Notes: a model not told the origin generated them from the letters alone. A stretch of 64,000 nucleotides of DNA from a bacterium (GCA_963674595.2 CAXXFV010000026.1:64001-128000); one strand, 5' to 3'. Counted from the first letter of the stretch, positions 1 to 9,843 are shown. Made by a program: numbers and translations.

Positions 1-1360
1 AACAATATTCTGTTTCATGGGTTGATAGAGTAAATTTGCTGGTCTTTTCATCCAAGTTTTCATCTAGTGCAGGAACTGAAAAGGATAATGCTTTATCAGG
101 ATAATAAGACGTTGTTGTTAAATAACCGTCCCCCTTAACCTCCCAACTTTCACTACAGTCTCCTTCAAATGAAAATGTATATCCCATTGAATATGCGTTT
201 TCATCTAAAAGTATTATTTGTGTTGGAACAATAAATTTGCATATGCCATATTGTTCAAAATAATATGTCGGTGATAAAACCGTATTTTCAGAAACATCTT
301 CACGTAGTTTCAGGTTAAAATAACGTCTTGTTTCATCATCATTTTCCTGAACCCTTATGTTTATTTGATTATTATTTATATTTTGGGCCGATAGTCTGTC
401 CTCATCTCTACCTGATTTATCAGTATACCAGTCGATGTCGGTGCAATCTCCATCAGGATGTACAGAAAAATTTTTATTGTATGCTTTTGGAGAAATTTTT
501 GTCATACTATTAAGACCGTTTATTTTTAAATTACATGGTCCTCGTTGATTGACTGTTATGGTGATTGGCGTGCCAAAAGAGCACTCGTCATATAATTCAA
601 TGGTTCCTGTACGAGAAGAGTTATCATTTTCATTCCTTGCAACCGTTACCTGATACGATTTTACAGAAGACAAATCCAGTGAACTGATTGTAACCCAGGA
701 AGGTGATTTAGTCAATTTGAGATCACTGTTTTCGCAATCTCCGTCCTTTTTTACTTCAAAAACATAGGTGCCGCCTTTGGCTGGAACAGGATTATCAATG
801 GTATTTTTCGTTAAAGAAAATTTACAGGAATCGGGAAAAGTAACTTTATACCAAGCAGACGTTGCAAACCGAAACCACCCTTCGCCCCAGTCTTCCTCCG
901 GGGGATTGGGATTTAGATTCTGCGGCGTAAAGGAAATGCCCTGATCGACCCCGTTTATTGCTACGCGGATTGAGGATTCCGGTTCTCCATCTTTGCAGTA
1001 TCGAATTTTGATATATTGCTCACCTTTTACACCGTATATATCATACCACACAGAACTTGGAACGCCGCCATCCTGGTTTCCGCCGAAAAATCCCCAGCAA
1101 CCATATCCGCTTCTGCTGGTTGGATTGCCGTAACCGGTATGACCTAATTTGTTTTCACCTTCAATGATAACGGCGCCTGCTTCAGAGCGATTGGGTGAAA
1201 TGTATATTTTTTCTATTTCACAGCAGGCCCATCTCTGTCCCTGGGTTGAAAGCTTTAATATATCACAGCCAAATAGGGGATAATTGGCCACAAAAAATAT
1301 TACAATAAATGAAAAATAGAGTGTGTTGCTAAAAGAGTGACGTTTTTTGCATTTTTTCAT
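1..1360 (-). CDS. Secreted protein with a CBM-like N-terminus and BACON/Ig-like repeats (runs off the left edge)
   Basis: Absent from the ORF track. Manual translation from ATG at 1360 (MKKCKKRHSFSNTLYFSFIVIFFVAN) stays open as far as it was read (to about 230). It contains BACON-like SWVTI...VTVARNENDNSSRTGTIEL...ITITVNQ. Confidence 0.75.
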   Translation of the reverse strand, partial: MKKCKKRHSFSNTLYFSFIVIFFVANYPLFGCDILKLSTQGQRWACCEIEKIYISPNRSEAGAVIIEGENKLGHTGYGNPTSRSGYGCWGFFGGNQDGGVPSSVWYDIYGVKGEQYIKIRYCKDGEPESSIRVAINGVDQGISFTPQNLNPNPPEEDWGEGWFRFATSAWYKVTFPDSCKFSLTKNTIDNPVPAKGGTYVFEVKKDGDCENSDLKLTKSPSWVTISSLDLSSVKSYQVTVARNENDNSSRTGTIELYDECSFGTPITITVNQRGPCNLKINGLNSMTKISPKAYNKNFSVHPDGDCTDIDWYTDKSGRDEDRLSAQNINNNQINIRVQENDDETRRYFNLKLREDVSENTVLSPTYYFEQYGICKFIVPTQIILLDENAYSMGYTFSFEGDCSESWEVKGDGYLTTTSYYPDKALSFSVPALDENLDEKTSKFTLSTHETEYC

Positions 1361-1416
1361 TATAAATCCCTTAATAATATTCCGACCATTATTTAAAAAA
1401 TTTAAGTTATGGAAAA

Positions 1417-1485
1417 GTTTTACTGCACCGTTTAGCTGTGGTTCGCTTAATTGCTTTGTAATGGCGTGGTAGAACCACATCCTGC
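1417..1485. repeat. REPIN, GTAG-type family I (GGTGCAGTTTTACTGCACC / GGTGCGGTAGAACCACACCCTRC)
   Basis: Inverted REP pair homologous to 3147-3226. Single copies at 2751, 3891, 10818, 11349, 16445, 36460, 36876, 43719, 46399 and 47998. Confidence 0.8.
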
Positions 1486-1836
1486 CGCTTTGATTATTAA
1501 TTCCAGTGATTTTTCAATATTGTCTTTTGAGATATAGGAAATTCCTTTTATTTTAAAATATTCATTATTAACTACCAACCTAATCGTATTGGTATTATAA
1601 TTAATTTTTACTATACAATTACCCCAAAATTTTGCAGGCTCTTTTCTACTATCATTAAATAGCCTTACAAGATTAGAAATTTGTTTCCTGTTTGTTATTT
1701 TACAAATCAAAACTTCTTCAAAATCGTCATTTAAAGTGTAAATTTTAATGTTTTTGATATTTTTATCAGGAATCAGATCATTTTGGCAAGCCATTATACT
1801 CAACCAAATCAATAATATAAAATATTTTTTCATCAC
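1447..1836 (-). CDS. Hypothetical lipoprotein
   Basis: Signal peptide with lipobox IMAC. The C-terminal residues are encoded by the REP. Confidence 0.75.
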   Translation of the reverse strand: MMKKYFILLIWLSIMACQNDLIPDKNIKNIKIYTLNDDFEEVLICKITNRKQISNLVRLFNDSRKEPAKFWGNCIVKINYNTNTIRLVVNNEYFKIKGISYISKDNIEKSLELIIKAAGCGSTTPLQSN

Positions 1837-1890
1837 TTAACCTGTGTTTGTACCGATGGACCAAATCTTGATTAATAAAAAAATGTTGCG

Positions 1891-2700
1891 CTAATTGTTT
1901 CTATATCTCTGCTGCATGTCGTCAAAAACTTTTTGCAATTGTTCTAATTTTTTAAATTTATGTGATTTCAAATTATAGGAATAGATATATCTTGTTTTCA
2001 GAAAAAGGCCCAATTCATCTTTTTGTTCTTTTTTAATCACTTGTTCAAAAAGAATTTCATCGTTTTCTTCATTCCAAAAATTCAATAAATCCAGGTTTAG
2101 TGATGAGGGTGTTATCCTCTGCAGGTTTTTACCGGTTAAATCAGTAATGTAATATGAAGAACTATCGGATTCGTTTATTCTTCCATTGCCGTCTGTGTCT
2201 TTCAGGGCTATTTTATAGAGGATATAGTCTCGTTCTGGTTGTACGGACGAATCGGTATTTCGGTAATATCTTGGGACATCCATAAAAGAAATATAGCCAA
2301 AATCCTCAAGTAGCGGATACACCTGGCTTTCATCCTGATTAAAAAAGATCACATTGATTGTGCCTCCAAGCAAATCTATATTAAAATCATTCGCCCCTTG
2401 TATTACATCAAAAACTTCTTTGGGCAGGTCTTTATCGACTATATGAATTCTAGAGTAGTAATAATCGCTGTTTTGTATTTGTACCGGGGTATCGTAAAGG
2501 AGATGTTGTAAATCAATTTTTATCTTTTTCGACTGTGATTTTTTATCTTCAACAATGACCCCTTTGTTATATTCATATTTCTTGTGGAACAAATCGGGGC
2601 TGATTTCCATGATGAGATAAACCAGACCGAATATGGCGATAAGGAATATTATGACTCCATTTACAGCCCATATAAACTTTATGAATTTTGACTGATACAT
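1891..2700 (-). CDS. Hypothetical membrane-anchored protein with a DxDGNGxIN Ca-binding-like loop
   Basis: Start moved to MYQSKF because the upstream extension lies in a REP. N-terminal TM helix and KDTDGNGRINESD motif. Confidence 0.75.
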   Translation of the reverse strand: MYQSKFIKFIWAVNGVIIFLIAIFGLVYLIMEISPDLFHKKYEYNKGVIVEDKKSQSKKIKIDLQHLLYDTPVQIQNSDYYYSRIHIVDKDLPKEVFDVIQGANDFNIDLLGGTINVIFFNQDESQVYPLLEDFGYISFMDVPRYYRNTDSSVQPERDYILYKIALKDTDGNGRINESDSSSYYITDLTGKNLQRITPSSLNLDLLNFWNEENDEILFEQVIKKEQKDELGLFLKTRYIYSYNLKSHKFKKLEQLQKVFDDMQQRYRNN

Positions 2701-2778
2701 TTTGTTCGCCCTTTTATTTAGTTTAACTGTCATTTCCTTTATCACTTTATAATGGTGCGGTAGAACCACACCCTGCAG

Positions 2779-3024
2779 TTAATTTTTTATATAGTCTAAC
2801 AACAAATCTACGCCCATCACTAACGTCGAAATACCAACTATCCCTGCTTTTATTTTTTTACTTATAATAGGTTCTGGTTTAAAATATTTATAATTTAGCA
2901 TTCGTTCTTCTTCAGGAGGAAATAATCTATCTGCAATAAATATAAAAACGAAAGATATAATACTGCTAGAAAATAAAAAGATAATCATGACAAGTTCTTT
3001 ATTTAGCTTCATTAAAATCTCCAT
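2779..3024 (-). CDS. Small 2-TM membrane protein, paralog 1
   Basis: 81 aa with two hydrophobic segments. Shares KKIKAGIVGISTLVMGV with 3228..3479. Confidence 0.75.
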   Translation of the reverse strand: MEILMKLNKELVMIIFLFSSSIISFVFIFIADRLFPPEEERMLNYKYFKPEPIISKKIKAGIVGISTLVMGVDLLLDYIKN

Positions 3025-3146
3025 ACTAAATTTTTAATCGTTCAAGGGTCTTTCGGGCTGTACAACCTGTGAATGATCACAATTTTTCGGGGTAGATACC
3101 CCGTCTAATGGCGCCCCGGGAAAGATTCCCGGGGCGAGCTGGAAAT

Positions 3147-3226
3147 GTAGGGTGTAGTTTTACTGCACCGATTAGCTGTTTTTCGCTTTATCACTTTGTA
3201 ATGGTGCGGTAGAACCACACCCTGCA
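3147..3226. repeat. REPIN, family I
   Basis: GTAGGGTGTAGTTTTACTGCACC ... GGTGCGGTAGAACCACACCCTGC. Confidence 0.85.
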
Positions 3227-3227
3227 A

Positions 3228-3479
3228 TTAATTTTTTAAATATTTTAACAACAGCCATACGCCCATCACTAACGTCGAAATACCAACTATCCCTGCTTTT
3301 ATTTTTTTACCTAATACAGTATCTCTGGTCCTAATAAAATATTTATATAGTTCCGATTTATTTTCATCAGGATGATAGAATTTATCCACTGTAAAAATAA
3401 AAACGAAAGCACTAATGCTGATAGAAAATAAAAAAATAATTGCCACGAGTTCTTCATTCAGCTTCACTAAAATCTCCAT
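3228..3479 (-). CDS. Small 2-TM membrane protein, paralog 2
   Basis: 83 aa, paralogous to 2779..3024. Confidence 0.75.
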   Translation of the reverse strand: MEILVKLNEELVAIIFLFSISISAFVFIFTVDKFYHPDENKSELYKYFIRTRDTVLGKKIKAGIVGISTLVMGVWLLLKYLKN

Positions 3480-3671
3480 ACAATATTCTTTGATCGTTCA
3501 AGGGACGTTCAGGCTGAACAACCTGTGAATGACCACAATATTTCGGGGTAGATACCCCGTCTAATGGCGCCCCGGGAAAGATTCCCGGGGCGAGCTGGAA
3601 TTTTTTGCATATAAATATACCTCACCGCACCCACCAACTCTGTCTGTGAACCAACAAAAATATAATGTTGT

Positions 3672-3890
3672 AACCAACACAATCTATTTCCTCGTGTGTT
3701 ATATGTGCCCGTTTTTATAATATGGTGGAAAATCAGCAGAACCGTCAGGATTTCATGTGCTCGACCCAATTATCCTGAATACAGTCCCTTCCCGCTGATA
3801 AGTAATTGTACGAATTTTGTATTGTCGGAACAAGGGATTTTTAAAAAATGTGGAAAATAAGTTTTTAGGACAAAATATTAAACCCCTGCA
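3672..3890 (-). promoter_or_regulatory. Repeated promoter + hairpin leader + GTTR-core module, copy A
   Basis: -35 TTGTTC (3833-3828), 17 bp spacer, -10 TACAAT (3810-3805). Nested hairpin at 3732-3799. Core GTTGGTT at 3678-3672. Homologous to 27085-27308. Confidence 0.75.
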
Positions 3891-3928
3891 ATGGTGCGGT
3901 AGAACCACACCCTGCAGTTGATCCCGAT

Positions 3929-5539
3929 TTATTTCAAATGCGGGCCGAAGGGCGCAACGCGCAGTGTTGCGTAATCCGTGTTTAACAGGGATTCATCCCC
4001 GATCTGTTCCATTTTCCGCCACATCTGTTCCACCATGGATTCTAAAACATCCCGGTACCTGGCATCGGCTGCCAGGTTGTTTTCTTCAAGGGGATCATCC
4101 TTTAAATGATAGAGCTCATCCACACCTGCGGGTGAAAAGATATACTTCCAGTCACCGTTCCACACAATACGCTGACTGTACATAAACCGCTGTCCGTAAA
4201 ATTCGCCATAGGCAGTTTGCCAGTCCGCCGGATCAGACCTGTTTTCCAGCAACGGCACAAGACTGCGGCCCTGCACCTGTTGCGGCGTGTCCGGTCCGCA
4301 CAGTTCCAGCAGGGTGGGGCATATATCGACAAGACTGACAAGCGCCTTGTCAATTGTTCGTCCCTTTTGCTTACCGGCACGGTCCTGCATCCATTGCGGC
4401 AGACGGATGATCAACGGAACATTATAAACATCTTCATAGGCCAGTCCGTAACCCACACCCATCAAACCGTAGGCACCGAGCATCTGTCCATGATCGGCCA
4501 GGTATAAAATGATGGTGTTTTCATATTTTCCTGTTTCATGCAGGGTTTGCAAAATTCGCCCTATTTCACTGTCAATAAACGTCATTTCTGCATAGTTGCA
4601 GGCTGTTATTTTTTTCCAGTCATCATCACTCAGGTCTTGCCAAATCGAACGCATACGGCGGAGAATTTCGCTTTTGCCTTTTAAATCACTTTTCAGGGTG
4701 GGGTGTGTTTTTATATCGTCCGCATCATACATGTCATAAAATTTTTTCGGCGGCATGTTTTCGCCCGGTTCCCGTGTTGAAACAAAGCAGCAAAAAGGCC
4801 GGTCATCGGCAGCGTGCCGTTTTATAAAATTTATCCCCAAATCATAGGCAGGGTGGTGCGGCTTTTCTTTATCGTCCTGCCGGACGGCCGCGAGCAAGTA
4901 ATCAGTGTACCCGCGTTTTTGCGACAGGATTTTGCTGCCTTCGATATATTCGCCTTTCATAATGGGCGAGTTTTTTATTTCATATTCCTGCCAGCCATAT
5001 TGATCAATATTTTTATTTTGCGAGGCGTGCCATTTCCCAAAATACCCGGTTTGGTAGCCGGCCCCGGACAACAGTTGTGCCCATTGTGTGAGTTGCGGAG
5101 AAACGTCTACCCATTCTTTTCGTTGTGTATGGGTGCAGTCCCAAAGACCGTGTGTGGAGGCATAGGTCCCTGTCATCAGAGAGGCGCGTGCCGGTGAGCA
5201 CATGCCGGTGGGTGTGTAACAGCGTGTGAAATGGACGCCATCAGAGGCTAATTTATCCAGATTGGGTGTGAGGCACTGACTGGTTTGTTTCAGCACATCC
5301 TCTTTGCCGTGGTCGGTCATAAGGACCAGAATGTTGGGCTGCCGTCTGCCCGGCAGGTTTTTAGTGGTTTTTGGGGGTATGTTATTGGAGCGGGTGTCGG
5401 CTGCAGAACGATTGTCGGGAACATTCATAACCATTCCCGCAATCGCTCCTGCCGATGTTTTTATAAAACCGCGCCGGGTTGTGTCAGATTTTGATCGAAA
5501 TTTATTCAACTTTTCTCCTTTCACACAACCAGTTAACAT
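3929..5539 (-). CDS. Sulfatase (Cys-type), Tat-exported
   Basis: TRRGFIKT twin-arginine motif, PNILVLMTD, CSPARASLMTG (CxPxR), GKWH, DHG, ELYHLKDDPLE. Confidence 0.93.
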   Translation of the reverse strand: MLTGCVKGEKLNKFRSKSDTTRRGFIKTSAGAIAGMVMNVPDNRSAADTRSNNIPPKTTKNLPGRRQPNILVLMTDHGKEDVLKQTSQCLTPNLDKLASDGVHFTRCYTPTGMCSPARASLMTGTYASTHGLWDCTHTQRKEWVDVSPQLTQWAQLLSGAGYQTGYFGKWHASQNKNIDQYGWQEYEIKNSPIMKGEYIEGSKILSQKRGYTDYLLAAVRQDDKEKPHHPAYDLGINFIKRHAADDRPFCCFVSTREPGENMPPKKFYDMYDADDIKTHPTLKSDLKGKSEILRRMRSIWQDLSDDDWKKITACNYAEMTFIDSEIGRILQTLHETGKYENTIILYLADHGQMLGAYGLMGVGYGLAYEDVYNVPLIIRLPQWMQDRAGKQKGRTIDKALVSLVDICPTLLELCGPDTPQQVQGRSLVPLLENRSDPADWQTAYGEFYGQRFMYSQRIVWNGDWKYIFSPAGVDELYHLKDDPLEENNLAADARYRDVLESMVEQMWRKMEQIGDESLLNTDYATLRVAPFGPHLK

Positions 5540-5553
5540 GAGTTTATTTTTGT

Positions 5554-6909
5554 TTACACGGTTGGTTCCCAGCCATCCTCATACTCACGTTGCCAAAATT
5601 TTTCAGCCTGCCGGTCGCCAATAATATGCCCGTTGCTGGGATCACAGTTAATGGTGCGGCCGGTGCGGCAGGCAATATTACCCAGGTGTCCCAGCAACAC
5701 ACTTTTATGACCTTCTTCTATCTCGGAATTTGGTCTTTTCCCTTCACGAACGCATGACAGAAAGTTTACAATGTGCGGTGTATCATAGGCAGCGCCCGGG
5801 CCGACTGTGTTTACAGACTGGGGGACATCCGTATCTTTGACCTCTTTGATAATTTGCGGTTTTTCACCGTTATCATAAACCGTATATCCATTGGCAATAA
5901 GCCGTATGGTGCCTTTTTCGCCGTGAAAAAGCACACCGCGCGCGTCGTCTTCGGTTGCGTATTTGTTGCAGCTCCGGCCTTCCCAGGTCATGGTTTTGCC
6001 TTCTTTAAAATCAAAACAGAGCACCTGTGTGTCCGGCGTTTGCCAGTCGTCTTTAAAATGATAGCGGCCGCCGGCAAATGTAACCCGGGTGGGATAATCC
6101 ACCTCAAGTCCCCAGCGCATCAGGTCCATTTCATGGCTGCCGTTATTCAACGCTTCTCCGGTTCCCCAATGCCAGAACCAATGCCAGTTATAATGTATCA
6201 GGTTATCCTGATAGGGACGGCGCGGAGCAGGACCCTGCCATAACTCATAATCCAGCCAGGAGGGGACCGGCGCTTTTTTACCAAACCCAATGGACGTGCG
6301 GTTTTTTGCATACCATGCTTTGGCAAAATAAACCCGTCCGATGATGCCGCTTTTTATGTCCTGAATGCACTTTATATCATTTTCCAGGGACCGTTTCTGG
6401 TTTCCCATTTGCACAATGCGGTTATATTTTCTTGCCGCTTTAACCAATAATTCACCTTCCCGTGGATTATGGCCGCAGGGTTTTTCAACATACACATGCT
6501 TGCCTGCTTTACAAGCCATAATGGCAGCCGGTGCATGCCAGTGGTCCGGAGCGGCAATGACCAACGCGTCTATAGCCTTGTCTTCCAGCACACGGCGGAC
6601 ATCTTTTTCACCCTTTGGTTTTCTTTTTTGGACCTCACTTACTTTGGCAATGGTTTTATCAATCGCTCTTTCGTCCACATCGCACACATAGGCAACCTCT
6701 GCATTTGGTTGCCGGGCAAACAATTCTGCCAGCCAATGTCCTCGGCTGTTAACGCCCATAACACCGACAATGATTTTTTCATTGGGTGAATCTTTAGCAA
6801 ACAGAGGTGATAATTGCGTACCAACGCCCATAACAACACCGGCACTCACACTGTTTTTAATAAACGTTCGGCGGTTCGTTTCTTTTAAAACGGATTTGTT
6901 GTTGGTCAT
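5554..6909 (-). CDS. Gfo/Idh/MocA family oxidoreductase, Tat-exported
   Basis: NRRTFIK Tat motif, GVMGVNSRG, PDHWHA, GKHVYVEKP. Start at MTNNK after a GGAG RBS. Confidence 0.92.
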   Translation of the reverse strand: MTNNKSVLKETNRRTFIKNSVSAGVVMGVGTQLSPLFAKDSPNEKIIVGVMGVNSRGHWLAELFARQPNAEVAYVCDVDERAIDKTIAKVSEVQKRKPKGEKDVRRVLEDKAIDALVIAAPDHWHAPAAIMACKAGKHVYVEKPCGHNPREGELLVKAARKYNRIVQMGNQKRSLENDIKCIQDIKSGIIGRVYFAKAWYAKNRTSIGFGKKAPVPSWLDYELWQGPAPRRPYQDNLIHYNWHWFWHWGTGEALNNGSHEMDLMRWGLEVDYPTRVTFAGGRYHFKDDWQTPDTQVLCFDFKEGKTMTWEGRSCNKYATEDDARGVLFHGEKGTIRLIANGYTVYDNGEKPQIIKEVKDTDVPQSVNTVGPGAAYDTPHIVNFLSCVREGKRPNSEIEEGHKSVLLGHLGNIACRTGRTINCDPSNGHIIGDRQAEKFWQREYEDGWEPTV

Positions 6910-7047
6910 TTTTACTCCTCCATGCGGCGAATTTTTATATGCTTGTGCTATAAAATCAAGCGCCGGCAGAAACAAAAATATGCCGATAATTTAATGATGT
7001 ACAACTAGGCCTCATGGATATCGGCACGATTGGACTATCCCCAACGG

Positions 7048-7428
7048 CTATTGTATATAATTACTTTTCAAGCTATTTATGACAGGTTCCAGCATCTCAA
7101 TGGTAACAGGCTTTTCAAAAAACTTTAAATAATTGATAACGTTTGCTTTTTCAATGATATAGTCCGTTGCAAATCCCGACATAAAGATGACAGGAATGTT
7201 TATTTTTTCTTTTATTCTTTTTGCTGTTTCAATGCCGTCCATGCCGCCTGCCAGACTAATATCCATTAAAATGAGATTCGGCTTTTCAGTGAGAGCAATT
7301 TGAACCGCAATTTCACCTTTTGGAACCGGTTGTAAAGGTTCAACATCAATATCTCGCAAATCTTCACAAATGCTCATAGCTATCAGACATTCATCTTCAA
7401 CAACTAGTACTTTAAATTTCTGGGCCAT
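7048..7428 (-). CDS. Single-domain response regulator
   Basis: VLVVEDE, LILMDISL, MDGIE, KP. Confidence 0.93.
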   Translation of the reverse strand: MAQKFKVLVVEDECLIAMSICEDLRDIDVEPLQPVPKGEIAVQIALTEKPNLILMDISLAGGMDGIETAKRIKEKINIPVIFMSGFATDYIIEKANVINYLKFFEKPVTIEMLEPVINSLKSNYIQ

Positions 7429-7429
7429 T

Positions 7430-9505
7430 TTAAACTCTTGGTTCGTAAAGTTCTTTTTTTAAAACAATATTACAACTGAAACCATTTCCATTTTTAAAAT
7501 CTACAATGCCGCCCAACTGATATTCGACTAGTTCAATAATTGTTTGAATTCCAAGACTGGACTGTTTTCGAATATCAAAATGGGGGGGTAACCCAACACC
7601 GTTATCTGAAAAACTCAGCAACAGTTCTTTTTGGCGGTTTTGATTCAGGGTTATATCAATTTTGCCCATACGATTATTGGGAAAAGCATATTTTATTGCA
7701 TTGGTTAAAAGTTCGTTAATAATTAAACCAAAAGCCATCGCAGTATCTAATAAAACGTTTATATCTTTGCCGTTGACAGATATTTCAATTTTTTCAAGCG
7801 ATGAAGGATAGGCCTTGCCGATTAATTTTACAAGGCCCTCGATATATTCTTTTAAATTTAAATGAGAAAGGTCCTGCGATTCGTAGAGTTTTTGATGAAC
7901 AAGCGCCATACTCTGTATTTTGTGTTCAATTTCTTTAAAAACCACAGAAACTTTATTGTTATTCAAACGCCGCGATTTTAAACGAAGTATTGAAGAGATA
8001 ACCTGCATGTTGTTTTTAGTGCGATGATAAAGCTCGCGGAGAAGAACTTCTTTTTCCCTGAGATTTTGACCCAGCTTTTCTTCAACCTGTTTTCTCGCGG
8101 TAATATCTTCAGTAAGGATAACGATACCGCCGACCGAACCGTCCGCCAGATTCCAAGGACGTATTTCTCCGCATAGCCATTGAACTGTACCGTCGATCCG
8201 TTCAAACTTGTTATCGTCTCCTTTTATCACTTCTCCATTCATTGCACGCTGATGCAGCAATTTCAATTCATCAGGCATTTCAGGGAAAATTTCATAATGT
8301 GATTTTCCAAGAAGATTATTTTCCTTTAGGTTGAAAACTGAATTCCATCGGCGGCTATGTGCAATGTATCGCATATCACGGTCGAACATGGCCAGGGCGG
8401 CAGGTGCATGTTCAACAAACAAACGCATTTTCTCTTCACTTTGCTGCAACTCTTGTTCATATCGCTTATACTCGGTGATATCCTTGGCAACACCTACAAT
8501 TGCATAGGGTTTGTCTTTATCGTCTTTGAGTACGTTTACCGTCATGAACGTGGGGAATGTTTCCCCGTTCTTTTTTTTATGACCGACTTCACCGCTATGG
8601 GTGCCAATCTTGAGGGCTTTATTAATAAAGGGTTTGACTTCATTTTTCATCTGTTCAGGAGTATGTGAAATGGCCATGTTCTCGCCAATAAGATTTGTGT
8701 GGTTTTCATACCCGTGCATCTTGCCCCAGGTTTCGTTTATAAAAACGAGCTTACCGTCCAGATCGGCAATTGCCATTCCTTCTGTTGATTGTTCGACAAC
8801 AGATGAAAGCATGTTTATTTTTTCTTCCGCTTTTAATCTTGCCAGGGAAGAGGCAACATGATCTGCAATTCGCCGGTACAAGGTTATTAATTCAATCGAA
8901 AACATACCTTTTCGATGATCGTTGAATTGTATCAAGCCAAATGTTTCTCCGGCAGTGCGGATCGGAATCAGCGCCACGGATTCGTAACCCTCCTGGCTGC
9001 AGAGATTCAGGCTGTATTCCTGCCGGTCAGCATCCGTCGTTGTTGTTAATAACTGGGTGGTGCTGTTAGCCCAGAAACAACCATCCTCCGTATAGAAATT
9101 TTTTGACGGATCAAATTTACCGCGTAAAATGTTACCGCACAGACCTTTCAGAATCGGCTTGCCGTCTTTGTCCCGTTTTATAGTGCCGTCATCATCATAT
9201 TGATACAGCGTATTTGCCTCTTTTACAAATTGTTTGGGAAATCCTTTTGTGGTAAAATAGGGAAAATCTTGTCCATCGCGAATCCGAATCCCCACAGCTT
9301 CGCAATTGGACCATTTTTTTATACGACCAATTAATCTGTTGATGAGCTGTTCTATGGTTTTGGAATTATTGACAAGTTGAAGCACCTCCAGAACTATAAG
9401 GTCTTCTTTTTCTTTTTGTTGGTATTCGGCCAGGGTCGTTTTTAGCTTTTGAACCTGTTGCTCTAATTCTTCAATTGTCCGCTTATCAGACATGCCGGTC
9501 TCCAT
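7430..9505 (-). CDS. GAF-PAS-PAS sensor histidine kinase (HisKA_2/HWE type)
   Basis: ELYHRTKNNMQ H-box, NELLTNAIKYAF, DNGVGL, two PAS/PAC segments. Confidence 0.92.
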   Translation of the reverse strand: METGMSDKRTIEELEQQVQKLKTTLAEYQQKEKEDLIVLEVLQLVNNSKTIEQLINRLIGRIKKWSNCEAVGIRIRDGQDFPYFTTKGFPKQFVKEANTLYQYDDDGTIKRDKDGKPILKGLCGNILRGKFDPSKNFYTEDGCFWANSTTQLLTTTTDADRQEYSLNLCSQEGYESVALIPIRTAGETFGLIQFNDHRKGMFSIELITLYRRIADHVASSLARLKAEEKINMLSSVVEQSTEGMAIADLDGKLVFINETWGKMHGYENHTNLIGENMAISHTPEQMKNEVKPFINKALKIGTHSGEVGHKKKNGETFPTFMTVNVLKDDKDKPYAIVGVAKDITEYKRYEQELQQSEEKMRLFVEHAPAALAMFDRDMRYIAHSRRWNSVFNLKENNLLGKSHYEIFPEMPDELKLLHQRAMNGEVIKGDDNKFERIDGTVQWLCGEIRPWNLADGSVGGIVILTEDITARKQVEEKLGQNLREKEVLLRELYHRTKNNMQVISSILRLKSRRLNNNKVSVVFKEIEHKIQSMALVHQKLYESQDLSHLNLKEYIEGLVKLIGKAYPSSLEKIEISVNGKDINVLLDTAMAFGLIINELLTNAIKYAFPNNRMGKIDITLNQNRQKELLLSFSDNGVGLPPHFDIRKQSSLGIQTIIELVEYQLGGIVDFKNGNGFSCNIVLKKELYEPRV

Positions 9506-9843
9506 CTACTATCTTGCGACAGTTAATGTCTCATTGTATTTTAATTTATACTCAGCATTCCAAAATTACAGGGGTCGTTCGGATTTAGTCTATCGCGAAA
9601 GATTTGTCAAAAACATATCATTAATAATTATTGCCTGATTTTTAATAGATCAGTGGCAGTATATCTTTATAAAAAAAATTATTATAATTATATTTCACTA
9701 AAATTATGTTTTAAAAAATATGTTATGCAACTTGATTAAATGGACGGTTGATGTTTTTGAAATGATTTTTGCAAGTGATAAGCAGCATGACTCGCCTTGT
9801 CCGGCAAGCGTGAATATGAAATAAGAGGAATTTAGTTTTGGGA

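Larger units (their letters stand above)
2741..3600. repeat. Tandem duplication of a REP-gene-REP unit (about 2741-3144 and 3190-3600)
   Basis: Near-identical flanks (ATCACTTTRTAATGGTGCGGTAGAACCACACCCTGCA and TTTCGGGGTAGATACCCCGTCTAATGGCGCCCCGGGAAAGATTCCCGGGGCGAGCTGGAA) around paralogous genes. Confidence 0.9.

Noticed and set aside
2779-3479. Paralog pair as a DGR template/variable repeat
   Set aside because: Differences are not confined to adenines and include an indel. There is no reverse transcriptase in the window.
3509-3769. ORFs 3509..3769 and 60696..60971 sharing LLIFHH.IKTGT as a conserved leader peptide
   Set aside because: The similarity simply reflects the repeated DNA module. 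Copy B has no start codon in that frame, and the A ORF runs through REPs.
1417-3916. Recurrent AATGGTGCGGTAGAACCACACCCTGCA as a CRISPR repeat
   Set aside because: Spacing is irregular and gene-sized, copies are dispersed and occur as inverted pairs, and no cas genes are present. It fits a REP/REPIN.
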